A DNA stretch of 63,985 nt, counting the filler, from an uncultured bacterium (GTDB taxonomy: Bacteria > Auribacterota > CAZIXI01), in the NCBI GenBank assembly GCA_964543115.1. It is 6 parts of 6 records of this genome, joined end to end, with 100 filler letters (N's around TTAATTAATTAA, not from the genome) between each part and the next. Parts side by side here need not be neighbours in the genome. Positions count along the whole stretch, not along the records: positions 23,442 to 34,982 come from CAZIXI010000097.1; positions 35,083 to 46,547 come from CAZIXI010000098.1; 4 more parts are not named here. One strand, 5' to 3'. Numbering within the stretch: the stretch's first letter is position 1; every line of letters starts with the position of its first letter. The notes under the pieces are model-generated. The model did no database searches, was not told the origin of the DNA, and saw only the letters and a program-made list of their open reading frames with translations. This document shows positions 32,976-42,093 of this stretch, piece after piece. The position numbers and the translations under genes are program-made.

Positions 32976-33018
32976 AAAGCATAAATGTTTTTAATTCAAT
33001 AGGGCAAATGAGGTAGCA

Positions 33019-34953
33019 GTGTGTAAGTTTCCCGGTACATTGTCTAAAAAGGTATTTTCACTCCTAGTATTGGTGTCTTTCCTCTCTCAAAATTGTCTTT
33101 TTCCTCTTCCAGTAAGTGCCATTTCAGGCGATAAACTCAGTGCGCAAAGTTTTTTCCAGACGGAACAAGTAAAAAACATTATTAGCAGGATAAAGGAGCA
33201 GGGTCTGGACAAAGAGCTAAAATCCGTTCTGACCATATTGACCCCGCGCCTGACAAAGGCGCTGGAATTATATTTAAAAACGATAATCTTGCGTAGAAAA
33301 CGCCAGCAAGAACTTTTGTTAGAGAGAGAATTGCTTCACGAGATGGAGATTCTCGGGCAGTTGGATGAGTTAAGGAAGCAGGGGATTCTCGTGAAGCATA
33401 TTGCGCAGATGGATAATGTTGAATTGCGGGCGCTGATTAAGCAATTGCCGGACGGAAAGTGGTTTCGGCAGGAGCTGGAGAGGCGGCATAACGGTATTGA
33501 TGCGGCATATTTTTCCGAAAATGCCGAAGATAGTTATGCCTTATTGCAGGAATTGGCAGATGATGGTTTTATTGCCGCTGACTCTCCTTTCAGGCAGGCA
33601 GCGGCGGTAATTGCTTATGCGAAGACAGCGGGAAAGTATGTTAACAGCTTGACCGGTGTTGATTTCACTCTCGGGCAGCTGGATGAGGTTAGCGGAAATC
33701 AGGCTGAGGCAAACTACCTGAGGAAAATATTCAATTTTTACACTCAGGAAATCAAAAAAGAGCACAAAAAAGATCTCTATTTTAAGCGGGGTGCCGTGCC
33801 CTGTATGCTCTACGAGCTGGGAATAACGGCGTTTCCCCGGATGTCCAGTTGGCGGATGCATGTTCCGGGCGATCCGCAAAAAGGCTTAGATCCGGCTGAG
33901 CAGAAAAGGGCGGAGGAATGTATACTGCGGTTGATAGATTTTCTTAGCGATCATGAAATAACAAAGGAAGGAAAAGTGATTAACAGGATTTGTAAAAAAT
34001 CCTACGCGGAAACGGCAAATGCCCTGGTGTATAATGATTATACAAAAGGAAGTGTCAGTGCCGCATTGGAACAACGGCTGGGTTTTAAGGCCGGCGGCAT
34101 TGTTAATCCGTTTGATCCCGCGCCCGGTGATGCCTTTAATTTTAATGCCCTGGTGATTAATGCCTGCAAAAGGCGGATGCAGGCCGGCGACGCGCGTTTT
34201 GCCGGGGTGTCGGAAGAGGCAATGTTCCGCTCTTACGTAGGGAAAGTAACCTTGCCAAGAATCAGGGCGATGTGCATGTTTGGCTGGAGTATTTTCGGCT
34301 ATAATCTATTACGGACGAGGAATCTTCTGCAGCTTAAGGATATTATTGACCGTTACTTTAATTATGTGGGTGGTAATGAGCTGATGCTGACCAAAGATGA
34401 ATGTGATCTGGTAGACGAGTTATATCAAAAACTCAATGAAAAGTTGTTGGCGCAATTTGAGCTGGGAGAGGGAGAAGCGCTGGGTGAAGATCTGCCGCAG
34501 GCCCTGATTGATTTATTGATTGTATTGTCTAATCTGCCGTACAACCGGAATGAACAAGGGAGCTATGCGGCAGAAAAGTATCCTGATCGTTATCCGCAGG
34601 AATTACGTGAGGAGATGCAGTTATTAAGATCGTTAGCGGCAAAGTTTGTTCCCCGGCAAGCAAAAATAGGAAATCTTGCCTATCGGCAATATAAGGCATT
34701 ACCTGATAGTTTTAAACAGGGAGCGGTAAGAATAATCACTTCGCAGGATTTGGACTCAGCTGAGACTAAGGCGCAGATGCAACGGTTAGCAGTTATTTAC
34801 AATGAACTTATTGTCTCCTCTAAACAGCTACTGGCTGCCATGGTGTACCGCTATAATTCGCGGCGGCCGCTCTGGGGGCCGTTGAGGGATTCTTTGGTGC
34901 AGACACCGGCCTGGGCCTCCGGTATCTGGGCGAAGTGGTTATGTCACCCGTGA
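33019..34953 (+). CDS. Hypothetical secreted protein with post-signal DKL motif
   Basis: 644 aa, GAGGT RBS before GTG, hydrophobic N-terminus then ISGDKLSAQSFFQ. Confidence 0.75.
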   Translation: MCKFPGTLSKKVFSLLVLVSFLSQNCLFPLPVSAISGDKLSAQSFFQTEQVKNIISRIKEQGLDKELKSVLTILTPRLTKALELYLKTIILRRKRQQELLLERELLHEMEILGQLDELRKQGILVKHIAQMDNVELRALIKQLPDGKWFRQELERRHNGIDAAYFSENAEDSYALLQELADDGFIAADSPFRQAAAVIAYAKTAGKYVNSLTGVDFTLGQLDEVSGNQAEANYLRKIFNFYTQEIKKEHKKDLYFKRGAVPCMLYELGITAFPRMSSWRMHVPGDPQKGLDPAEQKRAEECILRLIDFLSDHEITKEGKVINRICKKSYAETANALVYNDYTKGSVSAALEQRLGFKAGGIVNPFDPAPGDAFNFNALVINACKRRMQAGDARFAGVSEEAMFRSYVGKVTLPRIRAMCMFGWSIFGYNLLRTRNLLQLKDIIDRYFNYVGGNELMLTKDECDLVDELYQKLNEKLLAQFELGEGEALGEDLPQALIDLLIVLSNLPYNRNEQGSYAAEKYPDRYPQELREEMQLLRSLAAKFVPRQAKIGNLAYRQYKALPDSFKQGAVRIITSQDLDSAETKAQMQRLAVIYNELIVSSKQLLAAMVYRYNSRRPLWGPLRDSLVQTPAWASGIWAKWLCHP

Positions 34954-34982
34954 AGAGGAACCGGTAGTTGTCCCGTTCGATG

Positions 34983-35082
34983 NNNNNNNNNNNNNNNNNN
35001 NNNNNNNNNNNNNNNNNNNNNNNNNNTTAATTAATTAANNNNNNNNNNNNNNNNNNNNNNNNNNNNNNNNNNNNNNNNNNNN
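34983..35082. other. Artificial contig spacer
   Basis: N run with TTAATTAATTAA. Confidence 0.97.
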
Positions 35083-36423
35083 GAGGATATCAAAGACGCG
35101 GATATCGGGCTTCATCCCCAGTTTTTTCAGGATTAGAAATTTACAGATATCGTCAAAGGCGCTTTCCCTGCCGAATTGGCTTTCTCCGGCAATCTTTTTT
35201 TCCAGTTCATTTGCTTCCGGATGGAATGTGCGGGGATCATAGCCGGGAGGATTGTGCACCCATTTATTGACCTCGTAACCTTCATGGGCCAGTCCGCCCA
35301 TAAAACATTGCCGGAGCCAGGTTGTTAATACCGGACCGCTGCGGCCGCCAATCAATTTATTAAATAGAGCCTCGCCCAAATATTCTGCCAATTCGTCCTT
35401 TAACCGGGCGGGATCAGAAAATAAATCTATTAATGCCCGGGGCAGATAAATTATTCCGTCCACACTGGCCAATAGTGAATATCTCATTCTTCGCTGACAG
35501 ACCAGATAAACAAAAAGATCATTAGTATCCACTAACTTTATCCGGTCCGTACTCCCCAGGGTACTGCTTAACGGCGTAGTTGATTCCGGCACCACATCCT
35601 GCTCAGTTCCCTGTAAGTGGGCCACGGCCAGATCAATTAACTCTTGGGCTCCCGCCTCGTCCGCGAGCACCTTTATCTTATCCCCCCGGTAAAATTCATC
35701 GATCCGGGGCCTTAAATATTCCTTGCTTACATGTTCGCCTTTGGTTGCCGTCAAGGCGCCTTGACCCGGATCGCTTGGCGGCTCAGGCTGCCTGATTATT
35801 TCCGGAGAAATCCTGACGCCATACAAGCTATCCAGACAAAAATTAATTCCCGGCAGCATTTCTTCAGTTAAGCGATACATCTCTAAATTAAGCCCGTTTA
35901 CCCCTTCAATAATCTTAAGCCGAGTGGATTTATCTAACAGTCCTGTCAGAAACAAATCCACAGCCCCGTTATCCTCATCGGCGACCCGGAAGAAAGTACT
36001 TTCCTCAAGATTAAATAAATAGGTAACCCTGCTTTTCCCTTTGTCAGTGGAACCGAATACAGGATAACTATTTAATATCTGTTTCTCGAAGCGGTTAACT
36101 TTATCAGCGGGAATTCCCTCAAGCTGCGCCTTCTGTCTGTATTTTCTGATAACATCATACTTAATCCTCTTTTCCTGGAGAACAAGCTCTGCCTGGTCGC
36201 CGATATTGAAATTAACAATCCGGTCAGAGAATTCCAGTGGTCGGTTTAATTGTCTGGCGACGATAGAAGTGCTGAAGATCTGTGTCTTCGCCGATAGCTT
36301 ATCACTCAACTGGCCTGAAGATGTGAGTGGGGGTATTCCAGAGGCATAAACAAGGTTGGAGTAGAAAAAGGTAAGTACAATTAACACACGGATAGATTTA
36401 GGAATAATCCTTTGTCGATTCAT
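35083..36423 (-). CDS. Hypothetical secreted protein (3' truncated) with DKL and HExxE motifs
   Basis: Signal peptide ending LVYA, LSDKLSAKTQIF, LAHEGYE; runs into the gap. Confidence 0.78.
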
Positions 36424-36663
36424 GCTGCCCCCCATTATGGTTAAATTAATGATTAGAAGATTAAGGAAAAGGCCGGATTCCTAAAATAATATTAGCGTTT
36501 AATTGCTTCAGCAATTTGGCCGATTACCTTCCATTATAATATACATAGCATGGGAAATGGCCCTTGTCAATATAGGTAGGGAAATTTTCTCGTGTAATAT
36601 AACCACATGGAGGTAAAATGCTTAAGCCATTTTTACTTGTGCCGAGTGTTAGCGAAGTACATT

Positions 36664-37587
36664 TCAGGTGAGTAAAGTGAGCAGTAGGGCCTTTTGCAGG
36701 TGGAGACGGTTTTCCGCCTGGTCGAAGATAACTGATTGGGGGCTGTAGAGCACTTCTTTAGTTATTTCTTTCCCGGGATGAGCCGGCAGGCAGTGCATAA
36801 CCAGGGCATCGGGTTTTGCCTGCTCGAGCAGTTTCTGGTTAATCTGGTAGGGTTTAAAGTGGATTAATTTTTCCTCCCGTTGCTTATCTTGTCCCATACT
36901 TATCCAGACATCCGTATAGAGGATATCAGCGTTTCTGGCCGCGGCCTGCGGATCGGCGGTAATCTCAATAGTGCCGTTTTTCTGGTTACGGATTTCCGCC
37001 TGGGCCTGTTCCAGGATTTCTGCTTTTGGCTGGTAAGGTAGAGGGGTGGCGATTTTCAGATTTATGCCGGTTTTGGCAGCGGCCAGCAGCCAGGAATTAG
37101 CGATATTGTTGGCCCCGTCACCGATATAGGCGAGATTGATGTCCTGCAGCCGGTTCTTTTTTTCTTTGATTGTAAGAATATCGGCAAGGATCTGGCAGGG
37201 GTGGAGCAGATCAGTGAGGCCGTTAATTACCGGAATAGAGGCATTCTCGGCGAATTCCTTAATTGTGTTGTGGGCAAAGGTTCTGATGACAATTGCCTGG
37301 ATATAGCGGCTGAGCACCTTGGCTGTATCCGCGATGCTTTCTCCGCGGCCGATCTGCATTTCCCGCTCGGTCATAAAGATCGTATTGCCGCCAAGTTGCT
37401 GCATGCCGGCTTCAAAGGATACCCGGGTGCGGGTAGAAGGTTTGTTAAAAAGCAGGGCCAGGGTCTTGCCGGTGAGCGCGGAGATATATTTTTGCGGTTT
37501 TATCTTTATTCGATTGGCTAAATAAAGGAGATCGGCAAGTTCTTTTTTACTGATTTCCTGGATTGAGATTAAGTCTTTATTCTTCAT
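36664..37587 (-). CDS. argF: Ornithine carbamoyltransferase
   Basis: KPSTRTR, HPCQ, HCLP; ATG 37587 overlaps the argD stop (ATGA). Confidence 0.96.
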   Translation of the reverse strand: MKNKDLISIQEISKKELADLLYLANRIKIKPQKYISALTGKTLALLFNKPSTRTRVSFEAGMQQLGGNTIFMTEREMQIGRGESIADTAKVLSRYIQAIVIRTFAHNTIKEFAENASIPVINGLTDLLHPCQILADILTIKEKKNRLQDINLAYIGDGANNIANSWLLAAAKTGINLKIATPLPYQPKAEILEQAQAEIRNQKNGTIEITADPQAAARNADILYTDVWISMGQDKQREEKLIHFKPYQINQKLLEQAKPDALVMHCLPAHPGKEITKEVLYSPQSVIFDQAENRLHLQKALLLTLLT

Positions 37588-38777
37588 TTTCCTTTTTTTA
37601 CCAGGTCCATTAATACTTCCCGCAGTACCTTTACGCCGGCCTTTAATTGTTTCTTGGTAACGGTTAGTGCCGGCAGAAATCTGATTACGGTATTTTGGGT
37701 GCAGTTGATTAACAGCCCTCTCTGCAGGCATTGCGCGACAATTTCCGTTCCCGGACGCTGCAGCTCTATGCCCCACATCAGTCCCCGGCCGCGGATCTCT
37801 TTAATAATTGTAGGAAAGTCCCGGGACAGCTTTGATAGCTGCCGGTTAAAATATTGTCCGAGTTTAGCGGCCTGAGTAAGTAGATTCTTTTTTTCAATGG
37901 TTTCGATAGCGGCGATGGCTGCCGCGCAGGCCAGGGGATTACCGCCAAATGTTGAGGCATGGGTGCCGGGTACGAGTACGTCGGCGTATTTTTCAGCAAC
38001 GATCATTGCCCCGATTGGGAAACCGCCGCCCAGGGCCTTGGCCAGGGTAATAATGTCCGGTTGCACACCGTGTACCTGGTAGCCGAACATTTTTCCGGTG
38101 CGGCCGATACCGGTTTGTACTTCATCCATAATTAAAACCAGTGAATGTTCGTCACAAAGTCTGCGTACGGCCTGTAGGTATTCCGGCGAAGCGATATTTA
38201 TGCCGCCTTCCCCCTGGATAGGTTCGATCATAATGGCGATTGTTTTAGGAGTGATGGCTGCCTGCAAAGCGTTGATGTCGGCAAACGGCACATGCTTAAA
38301 CCCGGGTACCAATGGTTCAAATCCTTTTTGATATTTCTTCTGACCGGTGGCGCTGATTGTTGTTAAGGTGCGGCCGTGAAAGGATTGCAGGGCGGTAATA
38401 ATCTCATATCTGCCGCTGGCACTGCCGAATCTGCGGGCCACCTTGATTGCCCCTTCGTTTGCTTCCGCGCCGCTGTTAGAAAAAAAGCATTTACCGGGAA
38501 AAGAATGTTTGATCAGCAGTTCCGCCAGCCGGCCCTGTTGGGGAATATAAAAGTTATTGGGCACATGGATCAATCTGCCGGCCTGTTTCCGGATGGCCCT
38601 GACCACTGCCGGATGACAATGGCCGAGACCGTTTACGCCCCAGCCGGGAAAAAGATTGAGATACTTCTTTCCGCTGCTATCCCAGATATAGGAGCCTTTA
38701 CCTTTAGTGATAACCAGCGGGGTCTTGGTGTAACAGCCGATTACGTAACTATCATAGAGTTGTTTTGTGTTGTCCAT
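37584..38777 (-). CDS. argD: Acetylornithine aminotransferase (class III PLP)
   Basis: NSGAEANE, SFHGRT, DEVQTG, TLAKALGGG, STFGGNPLA; arg operon context. Confidence 0.93.
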   Translation of the reverse strand: MDNTKQLYDSYVIGCYTKTPLVITKGKGSYIWDSSGKKYLNLFPGWGVNGLGHCHPAVVRAIRKQAGRLIHVPNNFYIPQQGRLAELLIKHSFPGKCFFSNSGAEANEGAIKVARRFGSASGRYEIITALQSFHGRTLTTISATGQKKYQKGFEPLVPGFKHVPFADINALQAAITPKTIAIMIEPIQGEGGINIASPEYLQAVRRLCDEHSLVLIMDEVQTGIGRTGKMFGYQVHGVQPDIITLAKALGGGFPIGAMIVAEKYADVLVPGTHASTFGGNPLACAAAIAAIETIEKKNLLTQAAKLGQYFNRQLSKLSRDFPTIIKEIRGRGLMWGIELQRPGTEIVAQCLQRGLLINCTQNTVIRFLPALTVTKKQLKAGVKVLREVLMDLVKKGK

Positions 38778-38788
38778 TATATTCTCCC

Positions 38789-39676
38789 TTACTTCACAAT
38801 TTCAGTGCCGATTCCTTTGTCAGTAAAAATTTCCAGCAGTAATGAATGAGCAATCCGCCCGTCAATGATATGAGTTTTATGTACGCCGCCTGCCAGCGCG
38901 CGCAGGCAAGAGCTGACCTTGGGGATCATGCCGCCTTGAATTATCTTATTATCAATAAACTGTTTTACCTGTTTAGTCTTTAGGGTAGAGATAAGTGATG
39001 TTTTGTCTTCGGGGTTTTTCATTATTCCTTCCACATCGGTAAGGAAAACCAGTTTTTCCGCCTGTAAGGTAGCGGCAATCACGCCGGCGGCAATATCGGC
39101 ATTAATATTATAGGTATTATTCTGGCCGTCGTAGGCCAGCGGAGCGATAACAGGTACTTCTTCCCGCTTAATAATTTCACACAGGGGGCCGGCAGATATC
39201 CCGGTAATATCGCCGACAAAACCGATGTCAACGGTTTCGTTTTGTTCGGTTTCTTCATTGAAAACCGTTACCAGATGTTTTTTTGCTTTAATGATCCCTT
39301 TTTTGCCGGAAATCCCTACCGGCTTTCCGCCAAAGGATTTTATGGTTTTAACAATGCCGGCATTAACACGGTTAAGCAGGATATCTTCAACAATGCTGAT
39401 GGTTTTCTTATCTGTTACGCGCAGGCCGTTTACGAATCTCGGTTGTTTGCCCAGCTTTTTCATTGCCGAGCTGATCGCGTGCCCGCCGCCGTGAATCAGT
39501 ACAGGATTAATACCGATACATTCCATAAATACAACATCCTGGAGCACGGTTTCAGAAAAATCCTTTTTACCGATAACACTGCCGCCGTACTTAATTACTA
39601 CGGTCTTCCCGCGGAAGCGTTGGATGTAGGGAAGGGCTTCGATCAGTACGTTGGCTTTTTTGATAATCCGCTGCAT
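38789..39676 (-). CDS. argB: Acetylglutamate kinase
   Basis: EALPYI, VVIKYGG, HGGG, NINAD, GGMIPKV; start ATG 39676. Confidence 0.96.
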   Translation of the reverse strand: MQRIIKKANVLIEALPYIQRFRGKTVVIKYGGSVIGKKDFSETVLQDVVFMECIGINPVLIHGGGHAISSAMKKLGKQPRFVNGLRVTDKKTISIVEDILLNRVNAGIVKTIKSFGGKPVGISGKKGIIKAKKHLVTVFNEETEQNETVDIGFVGDITGISAGPLCEIIKREEVPVIAPLAYDGQNNTYNINADIAAGVIAATLQAEKLVFLTDVEGIMKNPEDKTSLISTLKTKQVKQFIDNKIIQGGMIPKVSSCLRALAGGVHKTHIIDGRIAHSLLLEIFTDKGIGTEIVK

Positions 39677-39681
39677 AGGTA

Positions 39682-40866
39682 TTATTCCATGTTGATTTTT
39701 ACGTATTTTGGTGTCAGGTCGCAGGTCCAAACAATTGCCCGGTCAGCTCCCTGATGAAGATTTACAGATAGAGAAAACTTTTTTTGTTTTAAGATGCTGC
39801 TTATTTCAGCGGCGGGGTATCTGACCGGTTGACTGTTGGTTACAACCTGTATTTCCCCAATGGCAATATCAATATTTTGCGGGTTAATCGGTACTCCGCT
39901 GGTACCCACTGCCGCCAGGATGCGGCCGAAGTTCAGGGTCTCACCAAAAAAACTGCATTTTAGCAAAGTAGAATTAGCAATGCTCAGGGCGACCTGGCGG
40001 GCATTTTCCCGGGAATGGGCGCCGTTAACCTGGATCTGCACCAGTTTAGTTGCCCCTTCACCGTCCCGGACGATCTTTTTGGCCAGGGCCAGGGTGATTT
40101 CGTTAAATTCTTTTTGCAGCAGGTCGAATTCCTTACCGGTATTTTCCAGCGGGGGATTGTCTGCCAGGCCGTTAGCCATGCCCAGCACCATGTCATTTGT
40201 GCTCATACAGCCGTCAACGGTAATACAATTAAAGGATTGATTAACGCTTTCTTTAATTAATTGCTGGAATAACGGCCGGCTGATCTGCAGGTCAGTCATA
40301 ATAAAACAGAGCATAGTGGCCATATTGGGCTGGATCATACCCGCGCCCTTGGCAATAGCCGAAATAGTAATTTTATGTTTGCCCAGGGTAATCTCTCTGG
40401 AGATTGCCTTGGCAGCGGTATCGGTAGTCATAATCGCCTGGGCGGCGCTGGCGAGACCTTGTGGATTAATTTTCTTTACCAAATTTTCAATTCCTTCAAT
40501 GACTATTCTTATTGGTAGTGGTTTGCCGATAGAACCGGTGGAGGCCACAGCCACTTTGGCGATATCAATTTCCAGCTCCTGCGCCGTAACCCTGGCCATT
40601 TCCATGGCATCACGTTCGGATTGCGGGCCGCTGGCACAGTTGGCATTACCGCTATTGGCAATAATTGCCTGGATCGTGCCGTTACAAACTACTTCTCTGG
40701 TTAGTTTAACCGGTGCCGCCTGAACCTGGTTGGTGGTAAAAACCCCGGCGGCAACAGCGGGTACTTTTGAATAGAGCAGGGCGAGATCCTTATTGCGTTT
40801 TTTGATGCCGCAATGCAGGCCTTCGGCGCGGAAACCGCTGGGTAAGATAACATTCAAGGGACTCAT
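39682..40866 (-). CDS. argJ: Ornithine acetyltransferase / N-acetylglutamate synthase
   Basis: GVFTTN, ANSGNAN, MTTDT, KGAGMIQPNMATML, STND, RDGEGATK, CDLT. Confidence 0.96.
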   Translation of the reverse strand: MSPLNVILPSGFRAEGLHCGIKKRNKDLALLYSKVPAVAAGVFTTNQVQAAPVKLTREVVCNGTIQAIIANSGNANCASGPQSERDAMEMARVTAQELEIDIAKVAVASTGSIGKPLPIRIVIEGIENLVKKINPQGLASAAQAIMTTDTAAKAISREITLGKHKITISAIAKGAGMIQPNMATMLCFIMTDLQISRPLFQQLIKESVNQSFNCITVDGCMSTNDMVLGMANGLADNPPLENTGKEFDLLQKEFNEITLALAKKIVRDGEGATKLVQIQVNGAHSRENARQVALSIANSTLLKCSFFGETLNFGRILAAVGTSGVPINPQNIDIAIGEIQVVTNSQPVRYPAAEISSILKQKKFSLSVNLHQGADRAIVWTCDLTPKYVKINME

Positions 40867-41882
40867 AGTAGGCCCATCTCCTCCGGCAGGCGGAACATCA
40901 GGTTCATGTTCTGCACAGCCTGGCCGGCAGCGCCTTTAAGCAGATTATCAATAGCGGTAATCACAACCAGTTCCTTATTTTGGGCCTTGATGCCGATATG
41001 GCAGAAATTAGAATTGGTAATATTTTTCAATTGGGGGAAATTGCCTTTGGGCAAAACCACAGTAAACGGTGCTTTTTTATAAAATTGCTGATAGAGCTCA
41101 ATTACCTTTTCTGTTTTTAGCGGTTTGTTTAAGCGCATAAAGATTGTGCTCAAGATCCCGCGGTCCAGCGGCGCCAGATTGGGCACAAAGGAAATCTGCA
41201 CATCTTTACCGGCCACCTTGCTCAGTTCCTGCTCTATTTCCGGCTGGTGCTGATGGTTCAATACCTTGTAAGGCTTAATGTTGCCGGCGCATTCAGAAAA
41301 GATCAGGGCCAGGGCGGCCTTGCGGCCGGCGCCGCTAGTGCCGGTAGTGGCGTTTATGTGAATCGGGGAAGGAGTAACCAGATTGTTTTTCAGGGCCGGG
41401 GCTATGCCGAGGATTGAGCCGGTGGGGTAACAGCCAGGATTGGCCAGCAGAGAGGTTTTTTTTATCTTAGCGGCGTTCAATTCCGGTAATCCGTAAACAG
41501 CCTTTTTAAGCAGACCGCTATCGGTGTGTGCTGTTTTGTACCATTTTTGATAGATAAAAGGGTCGTTAAGCCGGAAATCCGCGCTCAGGTCAATTACCTT
41601 TATTTTTTGTGCGAGAAAATGGGGAGCCAGTTTGACGGCCACTGTATGTGGCACAGCCAGAAAAACAACATCAATATCTTTGGGGATTTTAGCAAGTGAA
41701 AAATCATAGCAGATCAGGTGGGCTTTTCCTTTCAGGCTGGGGAATTCCTCATCGATAAACATTTTTGGTTTATCTATCTTAGCGGTAAGGGATTGGATCT
41801 TTACCTGGGGATGGTTTAAGAGAATTTTTATTAGTTCCAGCCCGGTATATCCGGTTGCTCCGACAATAGCGGCTTTAATCAT
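40863..41882 (-). CDS. argC: N-acetyl-gamma-glutamyl-phosphate reductase
   Basis: GATGYTG, DLSADFR, ANPGCYPT, SGAGR, HQHQPEI, DNLLKGAAGQAVQN. Confidence 0.97.
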   Translation of the reverse strand: MIKAAIVGATGYTGLELIKILLNHPQVKIQSLTAKIDKPKMFIDEEFPSLKGKAHLICYDFSLAKIPKDIDVVFLAVPHTVAVKLAPHFLAQKIKVIDLSADFRLNDPFIYQKWYKTAHTDSGLLKKAVYGLPELNAAKIKKTSLLANPGCYPTGSILGIAPALKNNLVTPSPIHINATTGTSGAGRKAALALIFSECAGNIKPYKVLNHQHQPEIEQELSKVAGKDVQISFVPNLAPLDRGILSTIFMRLNKPLKTEKVIELYQQFYKKAPFTVVLPKGNFPQLKNITNSNFCHIGIKAQNKELVVITAIDNLLKGAAGQAVQNMNLMFRLPEEMGLL

Positions 41883-41908
41883 AAATTTCTCCTTTGATTG
41901 AAAGAAGT

Positions 41909-41938
41909 ATTATAAGAGAAATATAACGGAAAAGTCAA
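41909..41938 (-). promoter_or_regulatory. Sigma70 promoter of argCJBDF
   Basis: TTGACT-18 bp-TATAAT upstream of the AAGGAG RBS. Confidence 0.75.
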
Positions 41939-41950
41939 GAATTGTCTGCA

Positions 41951-42019
41951 GTAGGGGCCGGGCTTGCCCCAGCAAAGCTGGGACTGCCATTACAGGAATG
42001 AATATAGACTGCCCGGCCC
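41951..42019. repeat. GTAG-type REP-like structured element
   Basis: GTAG-GGGCCGGGC pairs with GCCCGGCCC (42011-42019); inner hairpin CCCAGC-AAA-GCTGGG. Confidence 0.55.
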
Positions 42020-42093
42020 GCTGTAAGGAAATAAACGACCGCTACCAAATTTCACACTTACGAAGTGTGAAATTGGTAGCGGCATTTAGAATG

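Noticed and set aside
36533..36570. Sigma70 promoter for the 36423 gene
   Set aside because: TTGACA is present but the 17-bp-spaced hexamer (TATGTA) is poor and the TATAAT is 26 bp away; not supportable
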